The notes under the pieces: model-generated | Told to the model about the DNA's origin: nothing | The model's database searches: none | The model's input: the letters and a program-made list of their open reading frames with translations, nothing else | NCBI GenBank assembly: GCA_964593235.1 | Contig: CAZQGS010000045.1 | Coordinates: 2,121 to 66,120 of the forward strand | DNA from: an uncultured Gemmatimonadota bacterium | Lineage (GTDB): Bacteria > JAAXHH01 | DNA: 64,000 nt | Reading direction: 5' to 3' | Translations under genes and position numbers: made by a program | Part shown: one piece after another, positions 59,968-64,000 of the stretch | Layout of the letters: each line of letters starts with the position of its first letter | How positions within the stretch are numbered: position 1 is the first letter of the stretch

Positions 59968-60903
59968 TTAATTCTCCCCGCCTGTAAAGTATCTGGCCTT
60001 TCTTTTTTGCAAAAACAACTTAGTTTCTAAAACTCCTGGAATTCCTTTTCGCCCACCCAGTTTAGTACAACTTATAGCCGCAACCGCTGATGCAAACTCT
60101 GCTGATTTTTCAAAACTCCATTTGTTAAGCAAACCATAGATAAAAGCACCGTGATAGACATCCCCCGCTCCCGTAGTATCTACTACGTCTACTTCAAAAC
60201 TTGGAGTAAGAAAAACATGCTCTCCGTATACCCCGACACTACCTGCTTCTCCTTGGGTAATAACGGTCACTGCAGTTCCATAGCTTGATATTAATTTTGC
60301 TGCTCCAAAAGGATCTTTCAATCCCGTAAATTGAGTAGCAAAGCTTTTTGATGCTATAAGAATATCTGTCAAACTAACTAATTTTTCGATATCGTCATCG
60401 CAAACTAGAATATCTGCATCCAAAACAACCACAACTCCAGATTTTCGAGCTAAGTTCGCAGCTGTAATAGCAGCGGAACGGGAGGTTCCATCTAGATGCA
60501 AAAACTTAGTACTTTCAATAAGCCCTTCAGGGATATCCAACGGCAGAAATGCAGACGTTGATCGTCGGTCAGACAAAATAGTTCTCTTCCCGGAGGACTG
60601 ATCTACCAATATCATACTCATGAGCGAATTAACACTCGGGTCCATAATCATATGACTGGAATAAACACCATATTCATCGAACTCGTTTTTAATTAGTTGC
60701 CCTACTGGGTCGTTACCAATTTTACCTAAGAATGCTGTCGAAACCCCCAGTTTCGCAAGAGTTACCAGAGCGGTCGCTGCTTTCCCACCACCCTGCTGAA
60801 TAGAGTCAACCATCCAAACTTGATCGTCCATCTCTGGTTTTGTTGGCACTACCCCTAGAAAATCTAAGCAAGCACATCCCAAACCGATAACGTCAAAAGA
60901 CAT
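59968..60903 (-). CDS. PfkB/ribokinase family carbohydrate kinase
   Basis: GGGKAATA, GKIGND, DTTGAGDVYHGAF. Confidence 0.9.
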   Translation of the reverse strand: MSFDVIGLGCACLDFLGVVPTKPEMDDQVWMVDSIQQGGGKAATALVTLAKLGVSTAFLGKIGNDPVGQLIKNEFDEYGVYSSHMIMDPSVNSLMSMILVDQSSGKRTILSDRRSTSAFLPLDIPEGLIESTKFLHLDGTSRSAAITAANLARKSGVVVVLDADILVCDDDIEKLVSLTDILIASKSFATQFTGLKDPFGAAKLISSYGTAVTVITQGEAGSVGVYGEHVFLTPSFEVDVVDTTGAGDVYHGAFIYGLLNKWSFEKSAEFASAVAAISCTKLGGRKGIPGVLETKLFLQKRKARYFTGGEN

Positions 60904-61149
60904 ATTTATCTCTATCGCTTTTGTTCTAATTGGATATCTAATGCAGTTGGTTTAATATATCTTGAAATTTAATTGCCTTGGGTTAGCAATTCTAATTCCT
61001 TGTCTTGAATCACATTAGATTAAATATTTAAAATTAATTACCTCAAGCTAAATAACAAACAATTGGTCTGTTCTTCTTTAAGAATGTTATAAATATAACT
61101 AGTCTAGCCAACTAGTGCCTATTCGTCTTACCTGTCAAGTTCAAATCGG

Positions 61150-61178
61150 TTGACATTAAGAGATATTGCTAATACCAT
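61150..61178 (+). promoter_or_regulatory. Sigma-70 promoter candidate for the class V aminotransferase
   Basis: TTGACA-17 nt-TACCAT; a back-to-back TGTCAA at 61133-61138 faces the divergent pfkB gene. Confidence 0.55.
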
Positions 61179-61286
61179 ATCTCGACAAGAAAACAATTAC
61201 TTTCAATTTATTTTGAATCAACAAAAACACGTGGGGTTTCTATATATATTAATAACCCTGAAACCCTTTTTGGTTAAGGAAAGTTT

Positions 61287-62459
61287 ATGTCTCTTACATC
61301 TGATGTTCAGTCTATGATGCCAGATATGGATGGTTTTGCCTATTTCCAGACTAGTGGTTTTTCCCCTAAACTTAATCCTACAATCGATGAAGTTATTCGG
61401 TGGTTACGATTTCAAAGCCGGGGACCGGCACTACCCTTTGTTTCGGATAAAATCCAGGAACTTTCACACGAAACTCGAGGCAAAGTCGCTTCCACTATTA
61501 ATGCTTCCCGAGAAGAGATTGTTCTGACAGAAAATACCACAATAGGAATAAATATTGTAGCAAATGGTATTGATTGGCAACCAGGAGACAATGTATTACT
61601 GAGTACCCATGAACATCCAGGAAATCGGTTGACTTGGTACAATCTGACCAACAGATATAATGTTGAACTACGATACGCTCCCTTATACAATGATCATACC
61701 AAAACACTCGAAGAAATTGATAAGTTGATAGATAATCGGACTCGGCTTGTAAGTCTTAGTAATGTATCAAGACGGACAGGACTTAGGTTGCCAGGGCGAG
61801 CAATCTGCGATTTAGCTCATAAAAAGCAGGTACCTGTTCTTTATGACGGAGCCCAATCCTTTGGAGCAATTCCTATTGACGTGCGAGAACTTAACTGCGA
61901 TTTTTATAGTTTTTGCGGCCATAAATATACTATGGCTCCGCAGGGCACCGGTGGGCTTTTTATAAGAAATGATCGCATAGAATGGCTTAAACCCAGTTGG
62001 ATTGGATCTCATTCACAGAAGAGCTTTGACCATGATGGTAGTATGGATTTACTTGATGAAGCTAAAAGATTCGAATTCGCAACCCGAAGTGTACCTGACC
62101 AAGTTGGTTTTGGCAAAGCATTAGATATATGGAAAGAATTAGGATGGGAAAGGATATTTAATGGCATTGAAACCTACACAGATCTGATGAAGAAAGAACT
62201 ACAAAAGATCCCAGGTGTTTCAATTGAAACACCCACGGCGTACAAGGATTCTTCGGGAATTGTTACCTTCCATATACCCGGAATTAATTCCGAAAAATTG
62301 ACTGAGAGCCTTCGGGATAGAGAAAAAGTATTAGTCTCCCCTCTTGATGAATTTTCTCCTGAAAGCACCAGGGTATCAACTCACGTTTTTAATACTGACA
62401 ATGATCTAGACAGACTAACCCAAGGGCTAGTTAGGATCACAAATGACGGACTAACCTAG
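61287..62459 (+). CDS. Aminotransferase class V PLP enzyme (isopenicillin-N epimerase / cysteine lyase-like)
   Basis: NTTIGIN, EHPGN, DGAQSFG, GHKY, RFEFAT, RVSTHVFN; no SufS/IscS catalytic Cys motif near the C-terminus. Confidence 0.82.
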   Translation: MSLTSDVQSMMPDMDGFAYFQTSGFSPKLNPTIDEVIRWLRFQSRGPALPFVSDKIQELSHETRGKVASTINASREEIVLTENTTIGINIVANGIDWQPGDNVLLSTHEHPGNRLTWYNLTNRYNVELRYAPLYNDHTKTLEEIDKLIDNRTRLVSLSNVSRRTGLRLPGRAICDLAHKKQVPVLYDGAQSFGAIPIDVRELNCDFYSFCGHKYTMAPQGTGGLFIRNDRIEWLKPSWIGSHSQKSFDHDGSMDLLDEAKRFEFATRSVPDQVGFGKALDIWKELGWERIFNGIETYTDLMKKELQKIPGVSIETPTAYKDSSGIVTFHIPGINSEKLTESLRDREKVLVSPLDEFSPESTRVSTHVFNTDNDLDRLTQGLVRITNDGLT

Positions 62460-62519
62460 TTCTTCTAAGACACTAGTTGTAATTCTAATTTTATTAGATT
62501 ATCTAGCAGAAATAAAAAG

Positions 62520-62729
62520 TCCAAAAAGATCCTGAGGGGTATTAAACACAGGAATATTGGGCTGGGGGTTTTATGTCCGACCTAACATCCTGACACCTAA
62601 TTAAAGGTCATTTGACTAGGGATATCCCACAAGGAACCCAATATCTACACTTGACTAGCGATGACCTTTTAGGAGGCCCTCTTGTATAGGCAACCGAGCT
62701 CCATATGTGCCATCAGGGATCCTATTGGA
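62520..62729 (+). ncRNA. Candidate ~200-nt structured RNA with 6S-RNA-like architecture
   Basis: End-to-end pairing (GAUCCUGA/UCAGGGAUC, GGUAU/GUGCC, GGGCU/AGCUC), central unpaired region, inner stem AAAGGUCAU/AUGACCUUU, CUAG/CUAG, GGAUAU/AUAUCU. Confidence 0.5.
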
Positions 62730-62737
62730 AGTTATTC

Positions 62738-63739
62738 TTACCAGGGTAGTTTTATATCTAAACGCTTACTCATTTCTATTACTGAATTTTGTTCGTTAAT
62801 TCCAAATCGAATTCCTGCTTCTTCATGATGTTTTTTTCTTTGCTCTTCAATTGCTCCCGGTAGAAGTGCCTCAGAATAACCGGGGATTGGCTCGTATGAT
62901 TCTCTCACATCTGTTACAAAACGATCTACTTCATTATAAAACTCGTTTTCTGGTATTACCGTCCCAATATTTATCGCCAATACCATACCACCATGGTTGG
63001 CTCCTGGCCATTTCTTATGAATATTATCCGCCTCAGGAAGTGCTGCTCCAGGAAGGGCACATCCAAGTAATGTAGCAACTGCTCCATAACCTATACTTTT
63101 AAAAAATGCTGCTGGAATCCTACTTAACAAATCATCAAACTCAGGTGATTTCTGGTAATCAGCTAAAATTCGAGTAGCAACATCCTGAACAACCGGGCTT
63201 TCATTTCCAGCCGGGATCCCAAAACATAATGGGGGATTACCAAAATAACCAATTTGGGGTTTTTGGGGATGATCATGAGCATTACCCATATTTCGATAAC
63301 CCTGAACTGAGAATCCGATACATCCTGAATCCATACACATTCGGCTGTAGTGACCTGCAGATCCGTAATGTCCAATATGCCGAACAAGTCCCATGCCTAA
63401 ACCAATATCTTGAGCTTTCTTGATAGCTTGTTCGGTAGCTTCTACCATGGGCCAATACCCCAGACTTCCATCCCCATCAACCGTCACCGATGTTGGAGTT
63501 TCAGCTATAACTCTCACATCTGGCTTAGGATTAATATTTCCCTCTGCAAAAGAACGTGTGTATCCGGATGCAGCTTGAACGCCATGGCTTCTAACCCCTC
63601 GGAGATCAGAATTAACTAATAAACGGCTGAGAAGATTTGCATGATGGGATGACAATCCTACCTTTTCAAAACATTGTATCGTAAAATTAAGAAGAGCTAT
63701 CTCGCCGACATTAATATATTCTTCTGGTGGCTGATTCAT
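62738..63739 (-). CDS. Ldh_2 family oxidoreductase (malate / L-lactate / sulfolactate / ureidoglycolate dehydrogenase-like)
   Basis: SDLRGVRSHG, VDGDGSLG, HIGHYGSAGHY, GNPPL, LLPG. Confidence 0.85.
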   Translation of the reverse strand: MNQPPEEYINVGEIALLNFTIQCFEKVGLSSHHANLLSRLLVNSDLRGVRSHGVQAASGYTRSFAEGNINPKPDVRVIAETPTSVTVDGDGSLGYWPMVEATEQAIKKAQDIGLGMGLVRHIGHYGSAGHYSRMCMDSGCIGFSVQGYRNMGNAHDHPQKPQIGYFGNPPLCFGIPAGNESPVVQDVATRILADYQKSPEFDDLLSRIPAAFFKSIGYGAVATLLGCALPGAALPEADNIHKKWPGANHGGMVLAINIGTVIPENEFYNEVDRFVTDVRESYEPIPGYSEALLPGAIEEQRKKHHEEAGIRFGINEQNSVIEMSKRLDIKLPW

Positions 63740-63810
63740 TTAGCTTCCTTTCAAAATTGCTAGCATTTGGATAAAAAAGAAAATTATAAGAAATTGAAAC
63801 TTCCTAAACA

Positions 63811-64000
63811 TCAGACAACCATTGGAGTCTGTAAAATAGTTAATCCTAGATCACGGTATTTAGACTGTTCAGATGAATCTTGCAAGGCTAAACTTACCGC
63901 GACAGATGTATCTTGCATCTCACGTACAACGTACCTCACGCAGTCTTCAAGAGTTAAAAATGGGGGATATTGATAACTTTCTATATCAAACATTAGATCT
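63811..64000 (-). CDS. 3' end of a hypothetical gene truncated by the window end
   Basis: Frame is open to the window edge: ...DLMFDIESYQYPPFLTLEDCVRYVVREMQ...TPMVV*. Confidence 0.4.
   Translation of the reverse strand, partial: DLMFDIESYQYPPFLTLEDCVRYVVREMQDTSVAVSLALQDSSEQSKYRDLGLTILQTPMVV

Noticed and set aside
61287-62459. Annotation as cysteine desulfurase SufS/IscS
   Set aside because: The C-terminal catalytic Cys motif (RxGxHC or SSGSAC) is absent.
62490-62730. RNase P or SRP RNA identity for the structured region
   Set aside because: It lacks the GAGGAAAGUCC core of RNase P and the CAGG-CCGGAAGG-AGCA core of SRP RNA, and is too short for RNase P.
329-63973. Numerous 60-130 aa ORFs antisense to or nested in long genes
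   Set aside because: They lie within well-supported CDSs and have no motifs of their own; treated as shadow ORFs.
1-64000. CRISPR array, prophage, transposase/integrase, retron or defence operon
   Set aside because: I saw no regularly spaced repeats and no ORF with the relevant motifs.

Overview
64 kb of an AT-rich bacterial chromosome (roughly 40% GC by eye), mostly housekeeping and catabolic genes. A diderm is implied by an LPS heptosyltransferase-family gene. The gene mix (bacterial XPB helicase, GWxTD protein, BatA/vWA and DUF4175-like proteins, sulfatase, PhyH dioxygenase, many sugar-acid enzymes) resembles uncultured marine heterotrophs such as Latescibacterota or Poribacteria; this is inference only. 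Recognisable core genes: purD, tsaC, mpl, hflX, carA, rfbB, uppP, galM, uxuA, smpB and a tRNA-Leu(CAG). I saw no CRISPR array, prophage, intact transposase or defence operon, and no single clear-cut new system. The most interesting signals are: (1) three unannotated structured intergenic RNA candidates, namely a ~200-nt 6S-like rod at 62.5-62.7 kb, a ~125-nt hairpin upstream of rfbB and a purD leader; (2) an ECF sigma / Zn-finger anti-sigma / HtrA operon with its own ECF-type promoter, whose HtrA has lost the catalytic His; (3) a probable AUU start codon for uppP; (4) a perfect 16-bp palindrome filling the carA promoter spacer; (5) a GC-richer, CTAG-poor two-gene islet at the tRNA-Leu; (6) a frameshifted relic of an Ldh_2 paralog missed by the ORF track.
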